Origin: Paraphysomonas bandaiensis
Lineage: Eukaryota; Protista; Chrysophyceae
NCBI GenBank assembly: GCA_965644295.1
Contig: CBFFRP010000041.1
Span: forward strand, 186,001 to 250,000
DNA length: 64,000 nucleotides
Direction: 5' to 3'
In this document: positions 25,254 through 37,850 of the stretch, in pieces
Layout of the letters: the number at the start of each line of letters is the position of its first letter
Position numbering within the stretch: position 1 is the first letter of the stretch
Notes under the pieces: model-generated
Databases searched by the model: none
What the model was told of the DNA's origin: nothing
What the model saw: only the letters and a program-made list of their open reading frames with translations
Program-made: the position numbers and the translations under genes

Positions 25254-26776
25254 ATGAAAACCTTTGACTTTATTTGCTGGCATCTGATCGGGTATCTGAT
25301 AATCATAACACTCCATCTGCTGCTTGTGCTGTCTCGTCCTCTCCTCTCAGTCCCCCCTATTCTCATCACCCGCCACACACCCTCATCATTTGCCTGTAAC
25401 TCCAGTATTATACACACTATATGGAATTACATCGCTAAGAAGATTCGTTTCATTCTATTAGAGAAGAAGGGATCGACGGTTATGACTGTGAAGCTGTCAC
25501 ATACAGTGTACGGTGTATCCGGTGTGAGGAGCGCTGATGTAGCCGCTGATATGGGATATAGCATGAGAAACAACACACTTGACCATATTATGAGTTTCCC
25601 TCTGCAGTGGATGTGGCAGCATATGTTTTCTAGCTCGTCAGCCCAAATGGTACAACAAGTGGTAGCTGTGGAAAATATCGCAGAGGTAGGAGTCGTATCA
25701 CTAGACGGAATACCATTCAACTGATGATGTGGCAGACTTGTAGTACACCTAGCCGTAGTCGCGGTAATTCTGAATCTTCAGATTACAGTCTAGTTTTTGA
25801 CGATATTACATGGCCCACCGCTGGTTCTTGTGGGGCATTATGCAGATTTCCTGCTGCTGTTTCCTCGTTGGAGCAGAAGGTTCTTGGTTGGGGCGCAAAG
25901 CGTTCTTCCTTACATGTATGTCTAGTATCTAGTTATACGTGTCAGTAATTACAAATACTCTAATTTAGGAAAGCGCTGATTACCCAGTAATGTCGTCGGA
26001 TATGGCTCAGAGTCTACTTCGTATATTTTCCGCTGGTAGAAGCGGGTCAAGATGTGTGGGACGGTGTACTGTGCACATCACAGGAAGTGACCTAGTGTGC
26101 ATCTTTGATGAAGCGGAAATGGTACTCGATGTGCTGGATGACATGTGCGTATATTCATCAGCATCACCGCAAGATACTGCTGTACATGGGGCACGGTCGC
26201 ACAAGGGATTCTTGAGAACACTCACACTGGTACGCTTCTTACTTTGAGTGAAAATGGTTGTATTACTGGTCTATTGTGTGTGACTTACATCATATTCAGA
26301 ACGCTGATGAAGATCGCTTCATTGCGGAGAGCATCGTGGAAAAGATCGAAGCGAGTCGACGAAGAGGAGTAGCTGTGAAAAGGGTACTCGTGACAGGACG
26401 TGGGATAGGTGGTGCCATGGCCTCCCTCTTCCTGCTTAGATGGTGCCGGAACATTATTTCGGCTGCATCTGTTGTTCCTCTTCCGGCCACGGCTGATGTT
26501 GACGCTTATACTTCGTCATCCAGTTCAGACTCCAGATGTGCTGTATCATCAGTGAGTGACGAAGAGCTTGATGTAAAGTGTATCACATTTGGATGTCCTC
26601 GTTTCATGGATAGCCGGGATTTGGATCTAGTACCAGTTGAACTCAGCAATCGTATCGTACACATTTACGGTGAGCACGACGCTATACCATTAAGTGTCAC
26701 GAGTCTACAGCCTTTTTACGGAGGCGCCAAGTACGACCTTCTTGGGCGAGTCATTGTGGTCGCTGACTCAGATTAG
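25254..26776 (+). CDS. Class-3 lipase-like alpha/beta hydrolase with N-terminal hydrophobic segment; nucleophile Ser absent
   Basis: SHKGFL, VLVTGRGIGGAMASL, CITFGCPR, HIYGEHDAIP; three GT-AG introns join the ORFs. Confidence 0.7.
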
Positions 26777-27142
26777 AGATTACACTGCCCAGTATCACGC
26801 TTTTGCCTCATAAAGGTAGTGCGTTCGTCAATGTGTATAGACAAGTAGTTTTAGTGATTTTGGTGTAGTTATAATGTACAGAAAGATAGCTCATAGGTCG
26901 TAGCAATCGAGAGTTATAGTAATAGTGTTATGATTGTGTACAGTTGATGGTGATATGTATATATTTTACGTTTTATATATATATATCAATGTATTTGCAG
27001 TATACAAACGTGAGTAGCAACACTCTTTTCTAAAATAATGGTACGAGAGTTTGACAATTACGGTGCAGTCAAAGAAATGCTTTTTCAAATAAATGTGATA
27101 CTGGGAGAGTTACAATGTTACAATTGTTGGTTTTAAAAGATT

Positions 27143-27326
27143 TTAGGATGATTTGGGTCTCTGTAATAAATATTGAAAATTATTATGGATATTCATGCTT
27201 ACCACAAAAACTTTACTCGAGAATTTTGATGTGTTAGGATGATTTGGGTCTCTGTAATAAATATTGAAAATTATTATTGATATTCATGCTTACCACAAAA
27301 ACTTTACTCGAGAATTTTGATGTGTT
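27143..27326. repeat. 91-bp tandem duplication
   Basis: ttaggatgatttgggtctctg...gaattttgatgtg occurs twice (27143 and 27234) with one mismatch seen. Confidence 0.92.
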
Positions 27327-27574
27327 GATGTCACATTTGTGTTCAAATTTATGCTACTACTTCGTTACTTTTATTCTAAGTGTATAGTTTATAGATATAT
27401 TATGGTAAAGCTCCTATCAATCGTGGCTTGCTATTATACTATTAGGCTCAGTATTGAACTACAACCAACTCCTACGTACGTACTTGAAGTTTGGTAAAAC
27501 CAATCGCCAGTAGCTATCCTGTATTCTATGTAGCAATGAAATACAGAATATACATGACTACACTATAGGAGTAG

Positions 27575-27740
27575 CTAACGCACAAGCAGCTTTTGTAGCG
27601 TTAAATAGTAGGATAAAAGAGTTTGTATTGATTAGTTACGGGGCGGTAGTGGTCTAACTAGTATGACTAGCATTCTTCTAGCCACTAATTGATGCAAGGT
27701 CTCAACGCCTATTGCTAAATAATCAGACATTCACTATAGG
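27575..27740 (+). mobile_element. Solo 3' tail of the dispersed retroposon family
   Basis: acgcacaagcagcttttgtagcgttaaatagtaggata...acgcctattgctaaataatcagacattca matches 62394-62548. Confidence 0.8.
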
Positions 27741-28451
27741 AGTAGCTATTACAAATATACAAAGAAACTGAAAATATAGTAGCTGTTAAAGATACGATTT
27801 GTAGAACAGAATGTTGATGTTGGTGATTGACGTGGTTCCTAAATCACAGTGCTACAACATAATAATTTCACTATATCTCTCTTAATATAAATCAGCCAAT
27901 ACTGCATTCTTAAAAACTTAAGTTAATACTCAGTTCTCTATGTGAAGTCTTGATTTATCCTTATTTAACTACGAAGTACAAAGTGTATATCTTTTATCCA
28001 AACTAGATATTTCTAGCTATAAATCTTAGTTACATGAAGTGTAAGCAGTAAGCAGAATGATTTTTTCCAAAAATATTAAATATAATATATACAGAAGAGA
28101 TAGTATGCTATTACAATATTTAGTTTCATATCATTTATTGTACGTATTTTACTAAATTGTATCATATTGAATCATCAGTAATGGTGGTACAACAGCACGT
28201 TTTCCAACATATGCTATACTCTATACTCTATTCTTCGATATAAGAGTATGGAGTATGGGTAAGTTTCACACACAATAGCTAAGAAAGAGCACGTATATAT
28301 AACACAAATTCTAGAGTCATGCAAACGATGGATTTGATTGAATTATTATGCCAAAAGCACCACTGTCTGCAATATTTTCACTTTAATCACCTACCCTGCT
28401 TCTTACGATCTCTGAGGACAATGTTTAATGTAACAGATCCTAGACAGTTGA

Positions 28452-29830
28452 TTATCTGTCTGTATTAAGGGGAGCATCCGGTCCAGGTCCACGCACCCAC
28501 GTTTTATTAGCACTCCTTCCGCGGATGGCTCCGCGGCCGAATCGACCCCGCCCTCTTGGAACGAAAGATCCATGTCTCCCACCCCTACGTCCCCCTCTGT
28601 GCCATGGGGGAACTCCGGTCGGAACCCCTTCATTCTCTGATGGGACCGCATCCGAAGGAGCAGGTGGAATATTTGATTCCCCGATAACACCTTCAGATAC
28701 ATCTGTTGAGCCAGTTGGTGCTGTCGGTGCGGGATCTGATGTTTCGGTAGTGTTCGGGTCCACCCAGGTATGAGGTCCACGTCCACGTCCACGTCCAAAT
28801 CTGGAACAAGCTACGTCACATGGATACACTACAATAGTACAGCACGTGTGTACACAAAAAGACATATCACAATATAGGCCCTAAGCACCTACCGTCCTCC
28901 TCGCGGTGATCTTCCGCGGCCTCTCCATTCGCCTCTACCTTGGTATCCCCCCCGACCTGCACCGTAAGGAGGAGGAGGAGGAGCCCATTCACCGCCATGA
29001 CCATGATATGGAGGTGGATTCATCTGCATCATCATGTTTTGCATTATATTCACCATATTACGCTGGAAGTACGCATTCATCTCCTCAAGGTTAGCAAACC
29101 CAGGGGCCTGTGCTTGAGCGTTCATCATGGCATCTTCAGGGGAAAAGCCATGACCACGACCACCTTGATATCTACCACCTGGTCCATCACCTCGTCCTCC
29201 TGGTCCGGATTGATGGCGCTGTCTCTTGTTGTCACGAGTTACAAAACCCCCTTCCACTTCATTCAGTCCTCCTTCTCTTTCCTCCCCATTGTTGCCAGAT
29301 CGCTTTCTGTCTCGTGATTGCTTCAGTGAACTTTGCAGGGCCGACTGTACCAGTCTCCCCGGAGCTTTGCCTGTGCGGCTGGAACGGAGTGCACCTAGGG
29401 CTCCATCTCCCGAAGATGACGACACGGAACGATTACTTTTCTTCAAATTGATTAGGTGGGATGAAGAAGAATCCTTGTTCTCGCTGTCCTCTTTGCTTTC
29501 ATCTTTACTTTCGTTTTTCTTTTGTTCTTTATTCTCAAGAGCTTGAAGTTCTTTCCCTAAACTAAAATTGAATGAAATACAATGCAAACAATGAGTATAA
29601 TAGATTAATACATACCCAAGAGCCAAATCAGAACACGCGGGCTCGCCAATGAAAGCCTCTAAATCAGCGCTAATAACTCCCATACTATTCCCATTCATCG
29701 CCATTGTTAACACATACTCTAAGAATGTATTATCACACTCTCCCATGACCTCCGTGAGGGTTGATTTGAGCCATTCCCTTATACACGTCTTGCTCTCCTC
29801 ACTTAACTCATTGCCACATACATAATCCAT
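28452..29830 (-). CDS. PWI-like N-terminal domain protein with RGG-rich low-complexity C-terminus (probable RNA-binding protein)
   Basis: IREWLKSTLTEVMGECDNTFLEYVL...LEAFIG resembles PWI/Nab2-type N-termini; RGG/GRG tracts; NKTWVR near the end; two introns. Confidence 0.72.
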
Positions 29831-31329
29831 ACTATGATGATCTGTTGGTGTCTATGACTGATGAGATGCTCCTACCAATGCTAGAGATGATACAATAAAC
29901 GGTCTGTCTATTGTCTATTGGCTATGTAGGTCTCCACTATATGGTGCTTATAGTACAGCGCAGCCCTCACATCTCTCATCATGATGCATCTGCTGCATAT
30001 AAGGCATACTGCTGTATACTGTACATACTGTACATACAGCAGAGTGGAGGTGCGAACTGTGGCGTACACATACATATATATATACTGTATATACAGGCAC
30101 AGCTGTCTGTGTGCTGTACATATTATGGTATGTATGTCGTATAATGTACTTGTCTACCTGTACCTGGAAGACTCAACCAATCGGGCGGTACAATTGTTTC
30201 CATCCATCACTCCAAGCAGACCCAGCGCAGTGCAGTGCAGTGCGGTTACCATACCAGACATCTACTGCCTTGAAGAGTATGACCACACAAGTATATCTCC
30301 ACTCCCTCTGGATGTGAATGAGAGGGACCAGAGTCATCTCATGTTAGTGTACCAGCAGATGCCTTGTGCTTCCTCTTACATGGCACTCTTACAACTGGAG
30401 AGCACGTTAGACTCTCTTTGAACTCACAGAGCTCATCAGTCACTGTATTCTTGTTCCTCAGAGTCGTTTGCGTGTTCCGAATTGATTCCATGTGACGGGA
30501 CACACTCATGAGGGTCTCTTGATTGTACTCAACACATAAATACTCCCCCATATGCATATATAGACGGAGATATTCAAGTGTCATGACATCGTGACACTTT
30601 GCCTCAAAGAGAGTCCTTCCTCAACCATACTTATAGGAACATTCGATTCATATCTGGAGTAACTTCTACCGTTTCGTCCTTGTGTTTAGGTTTGGCCGAC
30701 GAAATGTAGTAGGTTAGACCTATAATCACAAGTAAAACTCACAACGCATTAAATGTATCGCTATTATATTATTTATTTATGCCGTGCTTTATTTTAGTGC
30801 TTACGTATATACCTTTTCAGCCACTAGCTATCTACAGGTGCTATGTTAATCATATTTTTCACTAGCTGTCTTGTGAATGTCACAATAGGCATTAAATTCA
30901 CTTTGTAAAATATAACCAAAGAGAAATAAATTATGTTTACCCCTTTCATCACTATTTACACTTTCACCCTCATGCTTGTGCGGTGATATAAGGTTCACTC
31001 GGTCAATTCGCATTCAAGAAAACTATCTCTTGTATGCTTCGACAGCTGGGCGATAGTGCTGAGTACGTGCTCGAGTGAAGATTGTTCATCTTCTTGACTA
31101 TTGACTATGGAATGGCCTTGTATATTGTATAGTACTGAACAATAACTGCCGACAGTCATGTTATGAACGCCAATATAGTCTTTGCCATGCGTATTTTTTT
31201 CTTCAGTATGCATGTTTCAAGCTTGAATTGATTAGGAAGGGTCGTTTTCACCTTTTGTTGATTCAATCATTCTTTATTTTAGCTGAAATAGTGAGAGCAG
31301 TAGTATATCGACCACTTTGTCTACAGTAG

Positions 31330-31510
31330 TGAAAATCTTATTATGACCAATAGGTGTAGGAGTCTTGCTATTTAACTAACTAGTGCGTAATATATCATAT
31401 ATCCTACTATGTAGTGGTACGAAAGGTGCTTGTGCGCCATCGCAACCACTTTCGCTTCATCGCCATTGCTTAGAAAGTTAGTATACCTGACATCTGCTAA
31501 CTTTGTCTAC
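31330..31510 (-). mobile_element. Decayed retroposon 3' region
   Basis: Reverse complement reads aaagttagcagatgtcaggtata...ggcgcacaagca...atagtaggata...cctattg, as at 62960-63170. Confidence 0.65.
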
Positions 31511-32789
31511 ATATGGACCGTCCAGTACATGCGCACATCAAACTAATACCGTATAAAAAATAAAAATGATTCTTAGTTTCACTGTCTAATGCTGTGAAGG
31601 CGCAAATGCAGCAAGTAGGACAACTTATTAGATAAAAAGTGGTAGTTGAAAGAACCGTAGTCCCAATTTACCATCATCCCAGATAAAACAATACAAATAT
31701 TATCGCTGTCAACAAAAATTCAAAGCAACTATTCATAACCTACAAAATGCTGTAAAAATATGTATGCTGATCTTTGTTGTGGTAGAGTAGCTGTTGGGCA
31801 CCTCTATCCTCGGAGATGGATAGATGTAGAGAATACAAGCAGTATATGGGTCGAAGATAACTCTAGGATGAAATTAAGCTGGTATCACAGCTAGCAAACT
31901 CACCACAGGGTCAAAAGAGCGACTCAATTACAACATGTTGGTAAATAGGTAGTGCGATATGTATGCGCGCTTATAGAGAGGAACTTGACGTTTATGTGGA
32001 GTTGAGAGTGGAGGCTGTCTACACGAGAGAGGAGGGGCAGTGTAGAAACAGGAGGAACGCATCAACAATTATCAGATTCTGACTATCAGTAGCCAGTTAG
32101 AAGTGAGACATGTATACCTCTAACATCAAAAAATGGAAGTGATGGAGGTGATGGAAGCAATAGAGAAGACATATCCAATTACTAAGGTTTGAGGTGAAGT
32201 CGTACCAGGAACTGATAAGGAGATTGGGGAATCGTGGTTATTTATAGCACGTTTTCGTTTTCACGAGGCTCGCCTGAAGGAGAGGATTCGAGGGTAAAAG
32301 TTACATGAGAGGTCGGAGAAGCCTAATGTATGGGGACGAGTGGTCATAGATAGGTAAAGGAGTGAACCAGGAGTATGAGGAAGAAGATTCAAAGTAAGGA
32401 TAATAAGCCTGGTTCATACATTTGTTACAGAAGAAGGAGCAAAGGGTACGCCATATTCTTCAAAATATATGTAATTCAGACAGAGTAAGGGTAGAAGCAA
32501 CAGTCAGAGGCCCACATGAAATTACATGTGAATCCAGGAAGCTCTAGCACAAAGGGTTGTTTATGTAATAGTACTCCTAAAAGTGCAGCAAAATACAAGG
32601 TCATGATCACCACCATGCAGACAAACAAATATAAGTTGATACCGTTTTCTTTGTTCCGACCAGGCAGTCCTGACTATTAAATGCCTATATGTGTAAGCAA
32701 GGAGCTACTATATATGAATTAAAGAATATATTATAATATCCTACTAAATATATTATATCATTCGTAATATTCTATATTTTATATTAAAA

Positions 32790-33370
32790 AATAACTTATT
32801 ATTATTTAGCAAGAGGCATGTCTGTGTTGAAACTAAATAGTAAAATATTATCATACTACTATTTTACTATTTAGCACACTGCATGCAAGCACCAAGGTGC
32901 TACCATCCTCACTATCAATTACTCAAAGCAAACGCAGTGTGAGTAAGCAAAATGTTGATATATATAATATATATACCTGACATCTGCCCCTCAACAAAGT
33001 CTCTCTCGCACCTTTTTTAGTGGTGTTCTGGGGGATGAGTACCGAAGATATTTCTCCGGTAAACTAACGTGAGCCGCAAACATAGTCAGCAGATATTGTG
33101 CTGCCCACTCATATAGCCAAATGCTTGTGTGGTACAAGGAACACTACTATAAGTAGTGTCACTTGTGTAGACGTCTTTGGGCCCTGACGAATAAACAGGC
33201 ATCCGGGACAGGGCCCACCAGAAGGGTAACCGGGGTATAGGGCTGCCTGTGCTGCTGAAGTTAAGCATCCGGGATGTTCACCTTAAGAGCTAAAAAAAAC
33301 TGAAGTCAGTAGATATCAGGTATCAACATTCTGCTTGCTCACTGCGTTTGCTTTGAGTGAATGATGCTGA
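32790..33370. mobile_element. Two retroposon copies in inverted (tail-out) arrangement
   Basis: 32920-32987 (actcaaagcaaacgcagtg...tacctgacatctgc) is the inverse of 33308-33358; 32990-33340 is collinear with 62635-63000. Confidence 0.8.
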
Positions 33371-33955
33371 GTACGAGTTCATATTATTCAGTATCTGTGT
33401 AGCCAATGACCGAGGTAATGCGTCAAACTTTCTTATGAATGTATGGTAATGATATGATTAGACCTGTCATGTCTTCTCACACGTCTATACTGCCTAGTCT
33501 TGGTTTCTCCTCTGACCCAGGTCATTGAGATTATGTCAAGGCTCTGGCTCTGTTCTCCAAGCAGTGTCAGTACATTTGTGGTGCTTTTATGTTATGCTTA
33601 TAGTAGGTTTTCATCCGAGCAGCAGGGAAGGTGCACGGCTTCCTACTAGTGTAATCACTTGGGAGAAGAGTGCAAGGTGGATGCATGTGCTGGACGAGAG
33701 TGCACACAATGGAGGGAAGACATTGGAGTCAGCTTGAAAATTTATGACAGATATTGGCTAGTAGATGTCTGTTTTATGAGTCAGTGTACAAAATTGCACC
33801 AGTGAGACCGCTTCGTGACCGTGGGAGACCCGGCGCTAGAGCTGCCACTCTATTCTTCCCTCCAGAATAGCTGCTGCCATATTAAAGATCTGATTATTAC
33901 ATATTAAAGATCTGAGAGAACTTATTGCATTTATCTATCTATTACTCTAGATTAG

Positions 33956-34816
33956 AAGCAACCTTAAGACAAACGTGGGAAAAATTTTTTCCCACGTTTT
34001 GGACCCCTTTGTACCCTATCCTATACTTATCGTTTTCATTAATCTAATATTATTAAAACTGTGTAATAATATTATAGTAGCTATACAATACTATTCTTAT
34101 TGTTATTTTATTAAAAAAATAACAATATTCCAAGAACTGTTCGTAGAACTGTTCGTCGAAAGGTTGTCCATAAGAAGAAGCGTTCACGATTTCAAGTTAG
34201 CAGCTCCCCAGTGAGGAAGAGCTCTGTTCAAGTGAAAGCAGTATATGAGTGAAGAAAGTGGAAATGAAGATATAGTTGAGTGAAGATATTGGAAATGAGG
34301 TCATCGACGCAATGCATTGAAACTTGTGGCGATAGTAGTACTGAGAATAGTAGTGGGCACGAACACTTCTATGAAATATAGGTGAAAAGATCAGAAAATT
34401 CACAATATTAATGGTGCCGTATTAGAATACAAGAATGGAAAATATGATATAGAGTTCATAGTCGGTGAAGTAGCTGAAGGAATGGAAGGGAAGCTGCTAA
34501 CGTCATGAAAAGAGTCAATAGAACTTGTGCTAGTTATGAAGTAGAAATTGTACCTTATGAATGAAAAGATACTAGAGTGCAGTAGGTTCAGCCCCAAAAG
34601 TTATGGAAAAACGTACTAGCCCCACGGTAACTACTTATAAATAATGAATATATCATATATTTTATTAAAATATCATACTATAATTATGAAAACTTCTTGC
34701 AAACTACTCGAATAACATTTCGGGACAAATTAACATTAAAATTACTCGTAGAACATAGCTTTCAATCAAAAGTCCCAAATTTGAACATTTTTCCCACGTT
34801 TGTCTTAAGGTTGCTT
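33956..34816. mobile_element. Non-autonomous TIR DNA transposon (about 860 bp)
   Basis: Perfect 30-bp TIR aagcaaccttaagacaaacgtgggaaaaat (33956-33985 / 34787-34816); no intact ORF; TSD not resolved. Confidence 0.85.
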
Positions 34817-34967
34817 AAGGACTGCTGTGAACACAACCTTGAAGAGAGGGCCCTAAATATCTGCCGCATAATTTACAGGAGATATAATATTATGCCGAAT
34901 ACACCGACCGCAAGTTAGTTGTTTGTGTTATAGGACAAGTAGATTGGGCAGGAGCGTATGATCCGGC

Positions 34968-35172
34968 TTAAACACGCAACTCGTCGTATGATGCCCATAT
35001 ATATCATGATGATGTAACTAACTAATTCGTGTTGTTGTATAGTTGTGCACTTGTCGGTGCATGCAATAGTACCTAAAAGAGAGTCATGATGTTATGCTTA
35101 GTGTCGCGCGAGTTGTTAGGTTTTGGTCGCGGCAACGCACAAGCTTGCGCTTCTTAATAATCAGACATAATT
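34968..35172 (+). repeat. Second dispersed repeat family, paralogous to 36617-36798
   Basis: Shared blocks aactcgtcgta, ctaactaa, cgtgttgttgtata, gtgcatg, caagcttgcgct, cttaat.a..agacat. Confidence 0.7.
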
Positions 35173-35177
35173 CAATG

Positions 35178-35465
35178 TATATACCTGATATCTGCTGACT
35201 TCAGGGTATTAGAGTAGTCTTTTTTTATGGTGAACAGCCCGGATCTCCTTCATCAGGCGCAGCAGGATATCCTTCATGTGGGCCCATCATTCCCGGATAT
35301 ATTCGACACTTATTTTTGTGCTCCTCTTGTGTTGCACCACACAACTATTTTAGGCTATATATTATTATATTATGAGTTGGCATATATATAACAATAATAT
35401 ATAGTAATATAAATAATATCTCCGGTACGAAGGCGTGCGAGTTCAACTTTTGTTGAGGGCAGACA
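35178..35465 (-). mobile_element. Decayed copy of the retroposon 5' body
   Basis: Reverse complement has gccctcaacaaaagttgaactcgcac, gtaccggagatatt, gggccca, tgttcacc, gaagtcagcagatatcaggtata. Confidence 0.7.
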
Positions 35466-36616
35466 AGCTATATATATGAAGAGCTCGTCACTACTCTCGT
35501 TACACCTTTGTTGTTACAGTGGAAATGCATTCTATATATTATATAATATTATACACACTTTTATTCCAGCTGGTGCCTATAACCCTCTAACCCATTTGAA
35601 CCACTTATAATTATTATATTCTCATCAAAAGCTACATAATATTATGATGTTATAGTCATCAGAGAGTCCCAACCATTAGTACCCTCGACCTACTTCTATA
35701 TCATCACAAACACTCCCCACCTACAAAATATATATAATATATGACACCAATGAGACAGACATCCTGCCACATGAGGCGACTGCATCCGGAACGGTTGCAT
35801 ATTATATGGCGCTTGAAGGATGAGGCCATGATTCGAACACATGCAGCGGTCACAAGTGGGTTTGCTAACAACTCTTGTGGACAAGCACACCCACTCCTTA
35901 CCCTCGACCACGCCTCCACCGCGCCGCACAACAGCATCTCCGCGCGAATTACACTCTCACCTACACCTTACCCTATACCCTCCACAACTAATCTGTGGTA
36001 CAGGTCCGCCGGACACATTGCCCAAAGTCAGACCCCCCCGACTAACCTCACTACAAGAGACGGTTGCACCATGGTGCTCGCAGCGATGCACAAGTAGTAG
36101 TCCCGAGACGGTGGATCCATCACTATTATAATGTATTATATAGCAACTCAAATTTTAGTAAAAAGTTGATGTATTTGATGATCAAACCTGGTGAAACGGT
36201 CTAAACCTGGTGAAATTTTAAAAATATCGATTTAAGTTGTGTTCTTAATGTGTTTTGCAATAAGTAATGTAGTAGGTGTAAAGAGAGCATATATTAGATA
36301 ATATATATATTATACCTATAGATTCTAGTCGCAACCACTGTCATGTTAGTATATGTTGTAATAATCAGATATTGGGTTTGCTAACAACGTGTGGACAAGC
36401 TCTTGTACACAGCAGGAGTTGAGAGAGCACTTCAGGAACTCTTGTCAGCACCTGCCAGTGCATTAGCAATAATAAGAGTTAAATCACGAATTACGTTCTT
36501 CTTGGGTATTACATTTTTTATAAACAATAACGCTGCTACAGTTACTCTAGTCTCTACCACACTCCAGACTACCTGCACAACAAGTAGATTGTGGGCAAAA
36601 TCATATGATTCGACGT

Positions 36617-36798
36617 AAACAAAACTCGTCGTAGTATTTCCTCTTATATGTCGCTAACTAAACCGTGTTGTTGTATATATCTGTCAGTGCATGACATTGT
36701 GTAACAGTAATAGCAAAATGAATTTTTCATGTTATATATAGTGTAGCGTAAGTTTTTACGTTATCAAGCTTGCGCTACTTAATTACAAGACATGATTA
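36617..36798 (+). repeat. Second dispersed repeat family, paralogous to 34968-35172
   Basis: Collinear shared blocks with 34968-35172. Confidence 0.65.
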
Positions 36799-37409
36799 CC
36801 ACAGTGCTGCGTTTCTTTCGTTCAACTACCAACCGAGTTGTCATACCATACTGCCACCAAAGTAACTATACTACTTCTTGAAAAAATCCCTGTCTTACCA
36901 TTCAGCTTCATAACATACGCATCTTTTCCACTCCAAACCACAGAACATCACATGAATCTGTCAATAGGGACGCCTAACTAATAACCTGAAGGGCACCTCC
37001 CCGACTAAGTTTTAAATCCGGTGCAGTTGCACTACGAGTTGGAAACGGTTCCGGAGAACACAGTTCGGGAGCTTCAGTTACTAGTATGTATGTATTGTCC
37101 TATTATCTAATACGAAATTATTAGTTGCGATTAAATAGTTTACTCAATAATATGTATGCTATCTTCTAATTAGGACAAAAATAAATATAGAAAATAGTGA
37201 CATCGATAGCTATCCTAGGTACAGCTTACTACAATAATCCAACCTTCATAGTTATTGTTCGGTGTCAAGTGAGAAACGTAAGGTTGCTGAGACGAGGCTC
37301 AAGCTTACAATTTCAAAGCTTTATTTATTTATCAAATTATTCAGCCATTTATATATAATATGCAGATATGCAGCATCTCTAATCGTAAATTATCTGCAGA
37401 CAACAATGT

Positions 37410-37740
37410 GGTCAACACGTCGAACTTATACCTATGCGCATTCTGTCACTGAATAGATTTTGTTATGCTGTTAAATTGATGTGAACTGATTTTTATATTT
37501 CGTGGATAGCATTCTGCTTACCTTCGGCACAGACAAAGTACTAACTCCAAAATGCTGTGTAAAAATCTTTGGGTCCTGACGAAACTTCAAAAGCCGGGGT
37601 TTCAGATCCTCTTGAATGGTATCAGGCTACCTGTGGCGATTTAAAAATTAGATGAATTCCATCTGAAGGGTTTGAAAGCATTATTGTAGCAGATACTAGT
37701 TATCAACATATTGCGCATTCGTCAAGTGTTTTGAGTGACG
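37410..37740 (+). mobile_element. Highly diverged relative of the retroposon 5' body
   Basis: gtcaacacgtcgaact, tgtgta...tctttgggtcctgacga and agcagatactagttatcaaca...tttgagtga occur in the same order as in 32990-33360. Confidence 0.5.
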
Positions 37741-37850
37741 TACTAAAGATGGTCAAAATTGTCCTTGAAATAAAAACACATATTTTCTCGTAGAAAAATA
37801 TCAGTTGTTAATTAAAGGCCTTCATAGACCGCATCCTCTGCAAATATAGA

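Noticed and set aside
29981-30600. Gene downstream of the promoter-like region beside the PWI gene
   Set aside because: No coherent spliced frame or recognisable motif; at most a decayed remnant.
31750-32650. Penelope-like RT remnant on the minus strand (NYIYF..GVPFAPS, SLPFFDV)
   Set aside because: Only two short motif-like peptides, no YxDD between them, and many stops; too weak to call.
33180-33230. Hammerhead ribozyme from CTGACGA
   Set aside because: No consistent stem II-GAAA-stem III-UH could be built, and the copy near 62820 reads TTGACGA.
37330-37460. Possible GIY-YIG endonuclease remnant (HLYIICRY...TRRT)
   Set aside because: It needs several frameshifts, and the same bases align better with the non-coding 5' end of the retroposon family.
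37571-37610. SECIS-like hairpin (UGAC...AAAA...AGAU)
   Set aside because: The helix is short, it lies inside a repeat copy, and there is no upstream + strand gene with an in-frame TGA.
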